64,000 nucleotides of DNA from Eledone cirrhosa (taxonomy: Eukaryota). A program made the position numbers and the translations under genes. Below are positions 24,897 to 39,091 of this stretch, one piece after another; within the stretch, counting starts at the first letter, position 1; each line of letters begins with the position of its first letter. The notes below the pieces were generated by a model. The model worked only from the letters and a program-made list of their open reading frames with translations. It had not been told where the DNA came from and ran no database searches. The stretch lies in assembly GCA_964016885.1 (NCBI GenBank), contig OZ024748.1, forward strand, positions 56,048,001 through 56,112,000, in the 5' to 3' direction.

Positions 24897-25674
24897 CATG
24901 GAACACATTTAACCATCTTTTGATCTTATATATTATATATATATATATATATATATGAGTTCTCCTTACTGAAATTATACTTCAAATATGAAAATTCCAA
25001 TTGCATAAGTTTTTTGACTTCAACCACTGAACCTACGAGTTCAAATTGAATATTAACATCTCACAGCTGTGCCTGTTTCCTCTCTGTGGGAGGAGGTTGT
25101 TCTCTAAAGGTAGAATTACAAGCTTTCCTCTTCCACTGTTTAAATAACAAAATCTTGATGAATTCTGTTTTTACTATATTTCATATTTACAGAATCATAT
25201 AAACACTGGCACATTTTGTTTCCACTGAGTTGATTTAACCAACTAATGCATTTATGTATATTTGAGCTGCTAATTGTATAGACGTATCACTACTCATTAA
25301 TTAAAATCAAATGGTCTTTGTACATTGAATGAGGCCCTAGAGTATTATTATACAGTATTGAAGTTTAACCTTTCAAATCCACATCTTGTCTATATTTTCT
25401 CAATAGCACTCTCTTTCTTTCGTTCTTTCTCTACCTCACTCACACTTCCATTCACCCTCTCTTTCTCTTTCTTTCTCTCCCAATCTTACTTTCTTATGAT
25501 ATTAGCTTTGAGGGAATTCATAATAAACAATGCACATATGTATATACCAAGGCAAGTATAATTTGTGAAAGTCAGGGCGCTTATACATACATACATGCAC
25601 AAATTCATATGTATATACGTACATACATAAATATGTATATATTTATGTATATATATATATATGTATATACATGC

Positions 25675-25709
<35 letters not shown>

Positions 25710-25789
25710 ATATATTATATATATATATATATTATATATATATATATACCCATGCTTACATGAATAAACACACACACACATATATAACA

Positions 25790-25862
<73 letters not shown>

Positions 25863-27350
25863 GTGCGTGTGTGTATTTGTGTACGTCATGAAAACATTGT
25901 GTAAACTATCGCTTAAAATCTTTTAGAACTAAAGATGCTTCCAGTCACGAAAGTATATAAAGAGAAAACAGTAGTTGTGGTAATATGTCACTAAACGAGT
26001 ACATATAAACCTAAAACAACCTCCTTAATATAAACAAAATAAACAAGTAGAAATACATGATACACAAACCGCTCCGCTACGAAGCAGAAGGTAAGATTCA
26101 TGTGTAATATTGAAACCAGATGTTTTCCTTGTATAAAATAGATGTTTGCTAAGTATAAAATAGTTGGTTATATTCTCAAGAAACTTATTAAATTATACCT
26201 CATACATATGATTTGCTCTTTCTGCACTATAAAATGAAAAGATTAAATATATTACCATAAAATAATAATACCGTCAATAAAAGGAATATATATATCTGAC
26301 AATGTATAGAAAGCAAGTGATGAAATATATTGTTTCCAATGTAAACATGAGAGACGAAAGTTTCATGTCATCAATTTCCTGTAGACTAACTATATATTTA
26401 AAACAAGAAGGCAACCTATGGTTGTATTTGAAAACACGAGGAAGAAAGAAACTTTCTAAGTGATATTTTTTAAACGACACTACAGAAAATTCGTGCATAA
26501 TAACAATATGAAAAATTGCTAAAGGAAAACTATAACAAAAATAACAAACGACAGTGATAAATAACTAACGGAAGTGGTAATAGAAACATATGTAATGCAA
26601 ATAGACTTGCCGTGATTTAAATGAAAATTATAAACGTTTTGAATATAGGTGTCTTTTTATGATCAAGAAATAGATATTTTTCTTTCACCACAGCAAATAC
26701 GTTCCATTCATTTGTATTACTTTTCTTATTGGAATATTTATTGAAGACACATGTATTCTTAAAATAAAAAATTATGTCAGAGTATACTAATGTTACTTAT
26801 CAGAATGCGACAATAATATCTCCATACAATTAAACGATACAACTTATTTTCGATTAGGGGAAAATACAAATTGATCAATTTCAATGATTTACTGCCACAT
26901 AATTGGAACTTAATTGATTGACATAAGTCTAAGATCTAACTCTTGTTTCGCATTATGTGAAGGTAGAGGATAACGGGACATAATTCTAGGAGGCTTTCCT
27001 CCTACTTTAAAACTGTATAATAATATGAAACATAAGAGATGTTAAAAACAACAAAGAGTTTGTAAAAATCAATCCTATGTTTGAGTGGTCAGAAAACCAA
27101 GTACTTGCAAGGATATTCTAAGATGGTTATATTAGCCAAATTATTCGACTTCTTTATGAATATCGAGTATATAGATAATATGGGAACTGGGAATCTAGAT
27201 ATACAGTGGAGTGATACAACATATGATTCTATAAAGTTAAATCTTCAGCTTAACAAGTAACTTAATTTATCTAAGAGATTTAATGGTATAGTGAAATACA
27301 GGAACACAGATAACAAAAATTGTTCGAATGTTTCAATATATATCGGTCAG

Positions 27351-27540
27351 AGGTCGGTGGATTGTGAGTGTCGGTAGAGGGTCGGACGCCATGCTTTGCA
27401 ACATAGAGTTACGGCCCTTTATGCTGTAAGTTCAAATCCCGCCGAGGTTGACTTTGCCTTTCATCCTTACGGGGTCGATAAAATAAAGTACCAGTCACGC
27501 ACTGGGGTTGGTTTAATCGACTTCCCCTCCACCAAAATTG
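27351..27540 (+). mobile_element. tRNA-derived SINE copy
   Basis: Same B-box (GTTCAAATCCCGCC) and GCCTTTCATCCTTACGGGGTCGATAAAATAAAGTACCAG core as the 2570-3710 cluster. Confidence 0.85.
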
Positions 27541-28961
27541 TCATTTCGATTCATACCAGAAATGACGTTTTAAACCTTTTGGCTACGATAGAACATGGAA
27601 CAAGCTGTATCAGTTAGTGTATATATCTTTTTTCGGAAATGAAATTAAGGAGTTAAGGCAGTAAATATAGTCCTCAGTAGTTTATATCGACAAACAGAAA
27701 AAGAAAGAAAAACAAACACAAAGAAATATATAGAGGAAGAAAAGAGAAAGAAAAGCACAATTACAAACAGTTAATAAGTTCCATTCTGAGGTATAGCTTA
27801 CATAAATATTAACAAATTTCTTTTCGTGTCAATAATTTCAATTTCAAAATTATAATCCCTTGTCAATTTTTGAAATTCTACATTGAGGAAATGAAATTAC
27901 AATCGCATATCTAAAAGAAACACGCATACTATAAACATAGTTTCCCATTTCAGAGCAGTGAGAAAATAAAACAGTATCGGTGGTTTTCCTGATGATTTAT
28001 TATATGGAAAAATCCATCAAAATGATTTACTTGCGACTGAAGTCTTTGTTAACCTCAAACTCTCGCTGTGATTTGTGATATATATATTTAATGTCCATTA
28101 GTTTTTACTTCATACATGAAAAATTTGGTTAAGTTGACTCTGTTCAAATCATAAAAGACGTCAGCTAACTCCGCTAAAATACGAACTGTCAATATGATTC
28201 ATATTTTTGCCCAACGTCTATGCAGAGTTCAATAGTTAATGTGACGCCCAAGAAGCTGAAATAGCAGTCACGTGATTTTGATAGCGATAAGCTGTCATCA
28301 CGATTTCAAAGTTATCTTAAATGGCATACACTACTCTTGCCTAACAAACAACTATTTTTTCTTACTTTTTATCGATTTGTTATTCGCTAAAGAATTAAAT
28401 AGTGCTTGAAACTCGAATAGTTAGTTGTTTCTGTATACTTTAATTACTTCAAAAGAGTTGGGTGCAGGATTTTGTATCGATGGCCAACTGTACATGTAGA
28501 TATGAAATAGATATTTCTAGGTAACGTGGTGTTTGTCTGGATCGACGGAAACAAATCAAAGGAAAGATTGTGTACAAAACAAAATAAATAATTTTATTAA
28601 TCTACATGGCAAAGGAAATAGCCTTTTTGTAACAGTACTCAATACAGTGTGTTAAATTTGTAAAGGATTCCGAGTAAAATTTAAAAAATGAAACGCAATC
28701 TTATCAATGGTGATTTAATTGATAAAATATGTCATAATATATTTTGGTTATATCAGTAAAATCTGATATGAGCACTTTTCGTTAGATTTATCGAATCGTT
28801 TGGTTAGTGCTGACATTTTCAACCTAAATTTGGAACCAAATAAGAGGGCCACTCTATGGCTATATAACCTTATAGAAATAACAGCTAAATCTCCCTCAAA
28901 CCACACAACCTATTTTGTGGCTAGCCCACATTAGATGTGAGCAACCTGTTACCGTTTAAAT

Positions 28962-29140
28962 TGGCAGTATCGGTAGAGTGTCAGACAACATGCTTATCAG
29001 CATAGAGTTATCGCCCTTTACGTTATGAGTTCAAATCCCGCTGAGGTTAGCTTTCCATTTCATCCTTAGCGGGGCGATAAAATAAAGCACCAGTAATGCA
29101 CTGGGGTTATTGCTGGCCTTGTGCCAAAAGTAGAAACTAT
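28962..29140 (+). mobile_element. tRNA-derived SINE copy
   Basis: TGGCAGTATCGG A-box, GAGTTCAAATCCC B-box, core, and GCTGGCCTTGTGCCAAAAGTAGAAAC tail. Confidence 0.85.
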
Positions 29141-29934
29141 TTAAACTATGATATAACCGTGGCAGGAGGCCAAGTATTACTAAAATAGTAATACTACTTT
29201 GAATACATGTAAAAAGTAAACTAAACAGCTTACAATACCGAACAGAATCATAGAGGTGCCACCATGACTCACGGTCGGAGTATTTTTATCCTGGGGAAGC
29301 CCTACTTTTTCCAGTTCAGAAATCCTCCCATCATTTGCAGAGAGACAAAGAAAATTATTTAAAATCGACCGAAGTACTGGACTGGTATTTTAAATATGGT
29401 GGAGACCACCTATTTGACGTCTGAATAAAGTAGATTTTTTTCATATAGACAGCAAGAGAAAGGATGAATTGGTTATGGTATAGGTCTGGTAGTTTATTTC
29501 TCGACCTTAAATGAATGAAGGGCAAAGTTGATTTCTGTGGGATTTGAAGTGAGAGCACAAGGAACCGCAACAATTTTTATCTGACAACTCTCCCGAAACC
29601 CCAACTTACCAGCCATGTACTGAAGTAGATATATAATCACCCAAAATATCTTACTCAAAATATGAGATTTTCTGCCAATGTAAAAAATAATTAATATTAT
29701 CAAAATATTAAATGCTATCTCAAATGTTGCTTTACGTGTGTTTCGCAACATCCTACTAATCACGTACTTATGATAACAGTGTGCTATGTTGTACACAGAA
29801 ACTCGAAAATATAAAATATGATCTTTATTCGGCTTTAGGTGACAGCGTAGAGATACATATATGCACTCAGAATCTCGAAGTTAAAATACATTTATTAAAT
29901 AAACATATTACAGAAGGAGAAGTACAAATTTGAT

Positions 29935-30165
29935 GACAGCTATGTTCACTTTTGAGCTAGCTACAGTTTATTCAGAAGACTCAGGTTTCATTAATTTATC
30001 AGATTAATCAAAGATTATCTTTCTTCAAGAATGACATTACTACATGATGAAATAGATCAGCTTTCAACAGATTAGAAATGCAGAGTATTATACCTCATTA
30101 GAGCTAATGTATTAACCAGAAAAGCAGTAACTTTCAAATAATGGTGGAATATTTTAATATTCCTG
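29935..30165 (+). pseudogene. Possible very decayed Ty3/gypsy RT fragment
   Basis: Frameshifted DEIDQL..RNAEYYTSLELM resembles gypsy (I)DDxxDxLxxAxYFTSLDL. The flanks are too degraded to confirm. Confidence 0.3.
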
Positions 30166-31239
30166 ATTGAAATACACGGGAAACTTTCATCAGTTTAAGA
30201 TATGGTGGGAAACAAAGAATGGGTGAATGCACTTTTCGGGTTAAAATATAACCTCTAGGTGGATCTACACTCCATTTTTCGGAACGACAAGATATTTTAT
30301 GAATAGCAATGTTTATTTATGTGCCATATACCATATATATTTATAATCATTTGATTATTATTCATTACAGCATTGGATAGATTTGGAGCTGTAGTTTCCA
30401 TTCTCTAAGAGATTTGGTTTCAAATCTTGTCGAGCCAAACTTTGCTTTTACGCATTTCTTTGTGCGTTCGCTCCAGATCATTCTTCTTTGGGTTCTAATC
30501 CTGCTGAGGTCAACATTAGTCATGTTTTGAGGTGACTAAATAATGTACATTTATATTATTTGGGTCGATTCTTCCCGAGTGCATCTTGCACAATCCCCCT
30601 CCTCCTCTAAGAAGCCGGGCTGTTTTCAGACCTGGAGATGTATGAGCTCCGACAGATTTTAGTGCTCAAGCAATATCATGATATCGCCCCTATGATATCA
30701 AGTTCAATGTAAAACAAGATTACTATTGAACATACAACACTAATGTTGCGGCAGCTCATAATACCACAGTGAAACCAGACTATATGGATAACTATTTATA
30801 AAAGGGTTTATGCGTATGTTTGTGCGCGCGTGGGCGTACATGTGTCTGTATGTGTATGTGTGTTTCTGTTTGTTTTGTTGATATCTTTAATGATTTGATA
30901 GCTGCGATGTAGAAGTAATGTGATTTACTCTAAATCCCTTCTGTTCATTCTAGTATCATTACAACGTGAAAGCAAATTGGTAACCATTTGAATAGGATCT
31001 CATATTTAAATAAAAACGTATATGCTTTTAATAATTTCTAGTGAAATGCGAATTAAATTACCAAGCAGATATTTCGTAAACTTGGATTAGATCAGAATTA
31101 GGAGTAAATATATTGTAATTGAATCCTTTATAATTTTCAACGTGAAGCTACTACCATTGACAAAAAGGAAACTAAATAATGCTTGACATATATTTGTAAT
31201 TCATTCAAGCTATAGCTTCATATTATTAGGATGGCATAA

Positions 31240-31615
31240 AGGCGGTGGGTTGACAATATCGGTAGAGCGTCGGACAGCATACTTTGCGGCATATAACTAA
31301 TGAAATTTTCTTTCTCAGTTCAAATATCGTTGAGATTGGCTTTATCTTTCAACCATACGGGGAGTTGATAAAATAAAGTACCAGTAATGCACTGGGGTTG
31401 ATTTAATGGATTTTCCCTTCAGCCCAAATTTAAGACCTTGGCCTAAATAAGAAACTATTATTAGGATGAACTAATATCGTTGGACTTGCAGTATCCAAGG
31501 AACGTCGGCCAACATGCATTGTGACATAGAGTTACTGCCCTATACTTTATCAGTTCAAATCCCGCCGAGGTTAGCTTTTCCTTTGATCCTTATGGGGTCG
31601 ATGAATTATAGTAGC
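31240..31615 (+). mobile_element. Two adjacent diverged SINE copies
   Basis: GGCGGTGGGTTGACAATATCGG..GTTCAAAT..ATAAAATAAAGTACCAGT, and a second copy with GTTCAAATCCCGCCGAGG. Confidence 0.75.
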
Positions 31616-34600
31616 ATTTATACATTGATGGCTAAACCAGCAACCATTATTAGGATGTCATAGAACCAGTTGAATACTTCTTGAGTACTTCGGGTATGGC
31701 TTCCTCTCTGTCTTCGGCCACCCTTGGATTCCATGAGGAATTAGAGGCCATAATCCTTATCCCTTAATTTCTGAATAAACGTCAAAACGTAATACACCGC
31801 GTAGAATTTGAAGCATACAAAAATAAGCAAAACATTCGTAATATACATATGCTTAAAATATGAAATAAGAAAAAAATACGCGTCAGAAACTATATCTTTT
31901 CAGACTGTTAAATGTAGTCAATGAATATGATATTAGTGTGTAATCCTCCCGAAATTTGACTATGTTAGTGACAGATAATTAACCTTTCATATGCTGCCTT
32001 GCTGTAAAATTCCCCCACCATTCTTCGACGTTGAGTAGAGTAACCTCTTCTGAGTTTCATGCCTTGTGAATCGGATCTTCAGTCTCATAGGTAATTTATT
32101 AGTTTTCATATAGACTCTAAGTCTCCAATGTAGGTAGTTATGTCTATCAAGTTGTCATGCGTAAATTTATATTTATTTATTTAATGTTACTTATTTATAT
32201 TTTATTTGTAACTATTTTCCTCATTAATTTAGTCGTTGTACTTGTTATATGTTCGTGTTATCTTTCTACTTGTATTTTGTTGTTCTTGAAATATCCATTC
32301 ACTTGTGTGTATTTTTCCTTGAGTTATTTGATTAGACACACCTGCCAATGAACACAACGCGCACATTCACACACACACTCACACATACATACACACGCAC
32401 ATATATATATATATATATATGTGCGTGTGTGTGTGTGTGTGTTTGTGATATGGTATTTATATATATATATATATATGAAATAATATATGTATATGAAATA
32501 AATAGAGATGTTATAAAGTATATATGTTTCGTTTATAACTATTATATATATATAATGGAATATGCACAAGAACTCGTCTTCGTGTATACACACATATATT
32601 CAATAATATTTCTTGCAAACGCAGATGTATAGAGTGAAGAAGCTATTTATTGTTTAGATTACAAATATATTGCTGCCATTTTTTAACTGGAAGTTCGACT
32701 GTGGATAAGCTACCTTATTAGTTTTGTAACCCCGATTTTCCGACATGAAAATGATGAGAACATCTCCCTTGAGATTACACCTGTCTATACCAGTAAACAT
32801 TCCTCAATTCTCCTATGCTCAATGCCTCACCCATATCTAAGTTCACGAAATCAAAGTAAGATATGAAATATAGAACACTAAATGATGCACCAAACACAGG
32901 AATAGCGATGAATCTTTGCGTATTACTGTACTAATTAATTCATTCTATATCTAGCATATCAAGATTCAAGGTCTTCTCCCAACATTCTCTATGTCTAACA
33001 ATCATATTGTATGTTTAGTTTTATCGGAAGCAGTGGAAAGTTTATTTATATTAGTGTTATGCAGGATGAGTCATAAGGAAAGAGGCAGTCACTGGATTTT
33101 TATTACAACGTTCAAAGATAATTTTGTAACATTCCCTTCAAACTGTATTGAACACTTAATTTAATCAAATATATTTAACTAATCTTAATTGATATATTTA
33201 TAATTTTAGTAAATATTAACATTTTGAATTTAAATGTTGGAATGATCGGTTAGTTATGTCTCGGACTGTATAAGTTTTGCATATATTTTCGTTCCTCTGT
33301 AAATTAGATATTTAATTTATTAGGTTGGCTTCGCGTTAGATATTTATTTCTCATATCATGTTGGCTTTCTGGGTTGAGGGCTTTAAAGTAGGAATAATAA
33401 TTCCACGTCAGTTTTCACTTGGAATCCATACATTTGAAGATACGTGTCTTGTATTAATGTCTCTATCATCCCTGCGCCAAACAACGTTATCAAGAGGATT
33501 TAACACCTGGCAAGGGATTATTCGATATTCTTGAGAAATTTACACCCGATACCACTGCTGAGAGGGATGAAATGTATCACATGGTATTTAAGCTACTTGA
33601 CCATATTGCAAATATGAAATGAAGTTTAGAGCAGGCTTTAACTTCAAAGAAAGTGAATTCGGTAGAAGGTTTATTGGGTGTTTTAATGGCAGAGATCCCA
33701 ACTATATCAAGAAAACCAACGCATTGTGTTCAATACCAGAACACACCACTCTTTACAGGAATGGAACTGAGCACTTTGTGATCGTGAGTCTAGCATCATA
33801 CCCATTAATTCAGATGTTTTCTCACAGTGACATTATAAATAAAGTAGAATTATTGGGTTAATTTCATGGGGTAACCACAGGATCATTCACGTGTATTTGG
33901 TAATGATCCTCTGTTTTGGAAAAGGGGCTTACGATATTTGCTTTATTTGTTTTTACATCTAATGATTAGATGATTAGTAATGTTGATGTGAAGTTTTCTA
34001 GTTCACAAAGTCTCATTCCTTAATCAAATATATTTATGAAGTTCATTTATGTGTAATCTAAACATTCTGGCAGCAGATATTTTTAAGCCTAAATATACAT
34101 TAACTCATGTGCTTTAGTACGATAAAATGAAATTATAGCCAAAGTGAATCAAATAAATATTAACTGCTGAAAGTAAAAAGATGAATGAAAAAATAAGAAA
34201 ATATCGAAGACCAGTCGACCGTATCGGAAGTAAATGAAGAGTGAGTTCACGTAGGGTTTTGGCGAATGGACATGGCTCATTAGTAAAACATATGTAATAT
34301 TCTCCCAACAAGGGGTAAAAGTGGTCGGGGGTTAAAAGATATTTATTTGTAAATACTTTTGAGATATGAAAGAAGGAATAAGGGAGTATGCAATGCTGAG
34401 AAGATATTTCAAACTGTATGAAGCGCAATGTAAACGAATAGGGAGGGGATAGAGGGATATATATATATATATATATATATTAATATATATATATTAATAT
34501 ATATGTATATTTAGTGTGTGCATAAAAGAGATAGAATGTGAAGGAATGAGATAGGAATCTTAGAAACCAAAAATATTTACAGTTTCGTTTCTTGCTCTCT

Positions 34601-35489
34601 AATTAAATTAGCCATGGCGTCTCTGAAACCAAAGCATTTATATATTTCTTGCAATATCAACATAGTTTGTATATGTACCTAGGTAACATAGTGACTACAG
34701 TTAAGCAATAAATTGAATCTCAGTGGGAAGGTGGGATAAAACGAATGCTGCAAAGTTTTGCACTAAATTTATAATCATCTGTGCGAAAATAAAATAATAT
34801 TTGGTCAAGAAAATATTAGTTTTCCAAATATATTTATTTTTGTTCATTCAGTCATTCATAGAAAATGCTGATATCGTGGATATAAACTCAACAAGTTGGG
34901 AATAAATCTATCCATATATGGAAATGAGATAATGTGTGATGAAGCAAAATAACGAGACAAAAAATAAACTTTGTGTGCCAATGATAAAATCTAGCCGTTA
35001 TTGATCTCAATATTTACTTCAGTTCAGTAGAAATCTGCAACGTTTTATAACATTTACATAGTTGTCAAGAATAATTCTAGAAATTTCACTTTTAAACAAA
35101 AGAATCAAAGCAAGTATACATTTACTGACAGATTTAACACACATCTCAAGTCGTCATTAAAGAGAAGCAACTAACAATGTAGAAAAAAATACGAGACATC
35201 AACAGATCAGGAAGATACAATGTGCACACACAAAGGCAAAACTGACAGAAAACAAACGTGAAGTTAAATTTAGATTTAAAGAGGTGCTACATTGTGAAAT
35301 ATACGTGTTAAGACACCGACGAAAGAGACACTTAACAGAAATAATACTCGCCTTTTCCTCGAATTTTCTTCTAATTTGCAATGATAAAAAGAAAAAATAC
35401 AGCAACTATGAGTCAAGAAATGATGAAGTACAACTGGATAAAATGTAAGTAAATCACAATTAATCACATATAACAAACACACGTATGTA

Positions 35490-35565
<76 letters not shown>

Positions 35566-35586
35566 TATATATATATTTATATATTA

Positions 35587-35758
35587 ATAATGATAAATGT
35601 GAAGACTAAAATCCAAAGAGGGCTCGATAAGGATAAATATATATCAAATATATAAGAACTCTAGAGCAAATATTTATTAAAATAACAGATTTAAGGTAGA
35701 AGATACCGTTAAGGGTGAAAGCACCGATTCTTTGCTTAAATTTTAATCTGTTATTTTA

Positions 35759-35760
<2 letters not shown>
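35587..35760. repeat. Family A short insert with internal inversion, in (TA)n
   Basis: GAAGACTAAAATCCAAAGAGGGCTCGATAAGGATA..ATTAAAATAACAGATT..AATCTGTTATTTTAAT. Other copies at ~13108-13160, 22367-22419, 23683-23748 and 50667-50830. Confidence 0.8.
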
Positions 35761-35843
<83 letters not shown>

Positions 35844-36014
35844 GGTGCATTATTGGTTGTGTAAAATGGTCCAAAAAATTTATGTTAGCAATATTAAGTT
35901 TTCCACGCTTTTGTATATCTCCAATTCCATTCAAGGGAACAGCTAGATGATGTAAAATGGAGTATAAGTGTCAAAATAAAAATTAGAAGGCAAGGTAAAA
36001 TTCCAATCATTTAA

Positions 36015-36088
36015 TCACGACACATGTTTCAATAAGATATAGATAGATTGTGATGCCATGATCGATTATCACTGATCTCATCAGGTGA
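36015..36088 (-). ncRNA. Type I hammerhead motif (mirror copy)
   Basis: TCAC-CTGATGA-..-GAAA-CATGTG-TC-GTGA on the minus strand. Confidence 0.72.
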
Positions 36089-36220
36089 AAATGAATTGTC
36101 TTCAAATTCTTGATATGAGGGAGAAAATAACCATCTTCTCTCTCATATGAGGGAATGAATTCTCTGAGAGAACATCGTTATTTTTCTCCCACATATCAAG
36201 AATTTGAAGACAATTCATTT

Positions 36221-36294
36221 TCACCTGATGAGATCAGTGATAATCGATCATGGCTTCAAAATCGATCTATCTCATATTGAAACATGTGTCGTGA
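36221..36294 (+). ncRNA. Type I hammerhead motif
   Basis: TCAC-CTGATGA-[47 nt]-GAAA-CATGTG-TC-GTGA, with a GUC triplet. Confidence 0.75.
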
Positions 36295-36331
36295 TTAAAT
36301 GATTGGAATTTTACCTTGCCTTCGGATTTTC

Positions 36332-36372
<41 letters not shown>

Positions 36373-36548
36373 AAAAAGTATGACCCCGACGACAGAGCTC
36401 AAGCCTTTTCTGGACAGAAATAGCCGTCGAGACGGCTTGAGCTCTGCCGTCGGGGTCATAAATGTTCCTATTACCTACTCTACTACTCTATGTATTGAGT
36501 AATCTGGTGCGTTATGGTACATCTGGTTCCTTACCACAACTCCCTCGT

Positions 36549-36584
<36 letters not shown>

Positions 36585-36767
36585 TAGACCACGTATAGAA
36601 ACAACGAGTTATATGCTTTGAGATGATTAGTCAACAGTTATGTTCAATATATCCCTGTTAAGGTATATCTTGTGAAATTTGAAGTTTTTACTCCACATGC
36701 TCACTCTAAACCAAAGTTAAAGGCGTATATTTCGGGTATGTCACTATCTTATATATCAAACATTATA

Positions 36768-36823
36768 TTTTATCTGATGAAAGCATACCATAATTTGGTA
36801 TCCTTGAAATACGTATAATAAAA
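36768..36823 (+). ncRNA. Type I hammerhead motif
   Basis: TTTTAT-CTGATGA-AAGCATACCA-TAATT-TGGTATCCTT-GAAA-TACGTA-TA-ATAAAA. All three stems pair, and stem I is like that at 24826. Confidence 0.85.
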
Positions 36824-36930
36824 AAATATATATGATGCTATAGTGATATTTTCCGTTTATTACTATTATTATTATTATTAATACCAATAATAATAAAAAT
36901 AATAACAATATTAACAATAATAATAATAAT

Positions 36931-36981
<51 letters not shown>

Positions 36982-37061
36982 TGTTTTATATATCTCACTT
37001 AAAAAATCGTTTGGTCTATTATGCATTTTACATCATTGCACTATTCCATTTTTCTCTCCCC

Positions 37062-37118
<57 letters not shown>

Positions 37119-37845
37119 TTATTTATGTATATGCCACATATATATATTTTAGAGCAGTATTCACGGCATAAACCTAATTAAGATATTTACGTTAGATTAT
37201 TTTATTATTTTTAGCCATATTTGTACTTCCCAACTTACAAGTTTGTAAATTTTAAACTCGGCCCGACAAGTTTATACTATACTGATAAGACGCTATTTGA
37301 CTGAATCCGGCGCATAAATGTGTTCATGTCAGTTAAGAAAAATTCCAGAATATTTATTCTGAGACATTGTTTTCTATATTATTTCTAGAAAGTGCTTCCC
37401 TTTTCTCTGGGAGTTGCCATGTATTATGGCTAAAATTTTGTATTAGGTCTCCATGGTGGTGTCCCAAAATAACGTCTGCCTGTCAGCTGGAACACATAGT
37501 AGAGTAATATAGTAATATAGACGGTAAATTCTAATGATTCTAGTATTTCTATTTACATGATTTAGTGTTGAACAGTTTTATTAAAATAATTATTTCTTTG
37601 ATTCGTTACTTTATATTCTATATATTAGTTATGGATTAAGATCTCCATTCACTGTTATCTTTCAAGTGTATTTTTCTGTTGATAGAATTGTTTAGTTTCG
37701 TGTTAAAATAGATCAGATACTAACTGATAGTATTAACATACTATACTTTTTTCATGTTATATTTTAAGTTTCAGATATTGATTTGGAACGTATTGTATTT
37801 ATGTTTTATTCTATAGAGTTTTGTTTACATTGTTTTGTTTACCAA

Positions 37846-38035
37846 GGGCGGTGGGTTGGCAGTATCGGTAGAGAGTCAGACGCCATGCTTTGCAGCAAAG
37901 AGTTACGTCCCTTTATGGTCTGAGTTCAAATCCCGCCAAGGTTAACTTTGCCTTTCATCCTTACGGGGACGATGAAATAAAGTACCAGTAATGCACTGGG
38001 TTAATTGCTGGCCTTGTGCCAAAAGTAGAAATAAT
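37846..38035 (+). mobile_element. tRNA-derived SINE copy
   Basis: A-box, B-box, core and tail all present. Confidence 0.88.
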
Positions 38036-38182
38036 TGTTTTGTTTACCAGTTGAGATGCCAGAAGATATGTCTGCTGCCATCACAACTGGATCGTAATAC
38101 ATGAACAACCACATATCCCAATGACATCTAAAACTACCTCTATGATTGTATCTGATAAACTCACATGTATAACCATATAACT

Positions 38183-38357
38183 GTTTCTACTTTATGCTCA
38201 AGGCCAGCAAATTACCCAATGCATTACTGGTACTTTATTTTATCGACCCCGTAAGGATGAAAGGCAAAGTCAACCTCGGCGGGATTTTAACTCAGATCGT
38301 AAAGGGACGTAACTATGCTGGAAAGCATAGCGTCTGACACTCTACCGATTCTGCCAA
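38183..38357 (-). mobile_element. tRNA-derived SINE copy, opposite orientation
   Basis: CTGGTACTTTATTTTATCGACCCCGTAAGGATGAAAGGC is the reverse complement of the SINE core. Confidence 0.88.
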
Positions 38358-38426
38358 AACAGAAATATTTATTATGCCGTAAAGCAATTATGGTGAAGTA
38401 ACCCCGATTTAATTACACTTAATTTG

Positions 38427-38500
<74 letters not shown>

Positions 38501-38755
38501 TACATACAACAGTACACATCAAAAAATTACCGTACAGCAAGAAGCTTCGACGATGATATATGTTACATCACTGACATATTCAGTGAAGAAACACACTGGT
38601 TACAAATTGAAGCGAGGCAAACTTGTTCTTGCAATGATAACTAATGTCTCCAACCTCAATAACATATCAGTCTACCATCTCTTCTAATATAATACACAAA
38701 CACATTTGAAAATATTGTTGGTCCCATTAGTATTTTTACTCTCTCTCTCTGTCTC

Positions 38756-38820
<65 letters not shown>

Positions 38821-38825
<5 letters not shown>

Positions 38826-39029
38826 AACGAGTAGGACCCCGACGGCTGCGCTCAAGCCGTTTCGACGGCTAATTCTGGACTTTTTTTTTAGTCCAGAATT
38901 AGCCGTCGAAACGGCTTGAGCTCTGCCGTCGGGGTCCTACTCGTTCCTATTACCCACTCTACTACCATAAGTATTGAGTACTTTAGTGCATTATGGTCCA
39001 CCTGGTTTTTTACCACATTTCCTTCGTTT
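38821..39029. repeat. Family C GC-rich fold-back insert in (TA)n
   Basis: ~60-bp arms around CCCCGACGGC..GCTCAAGCCGTTTCGACGGCTA plus an ~80-bp tail. Other copies at 36371-36549, 45636-45710, 47335-47515, 50875-51005 and 55430-55625. Confidence 0.9.

Positions 39030-39091
<62 letters not shown>

Larger units (their letters stand above)
24599..24936. repeat. 338-bp spacer-less palindrome (169-bp arms, one mismatch) carrying an HHR on each strand
   Basis: Centre CAT|ATG at 24767/24768. Arms are reverse complements except GATAGTGCAG vs CTGCGCTATC. Confidence 0.97.
35986..36323. repeat. ~145-bp-arm inverted repeat with an HHR in each arm
   Basis: 35986-36131 vs 36177-36323, several mismatches, ~45-bp spacer, flanked by (TA)n. 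Confidence 0.9.
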
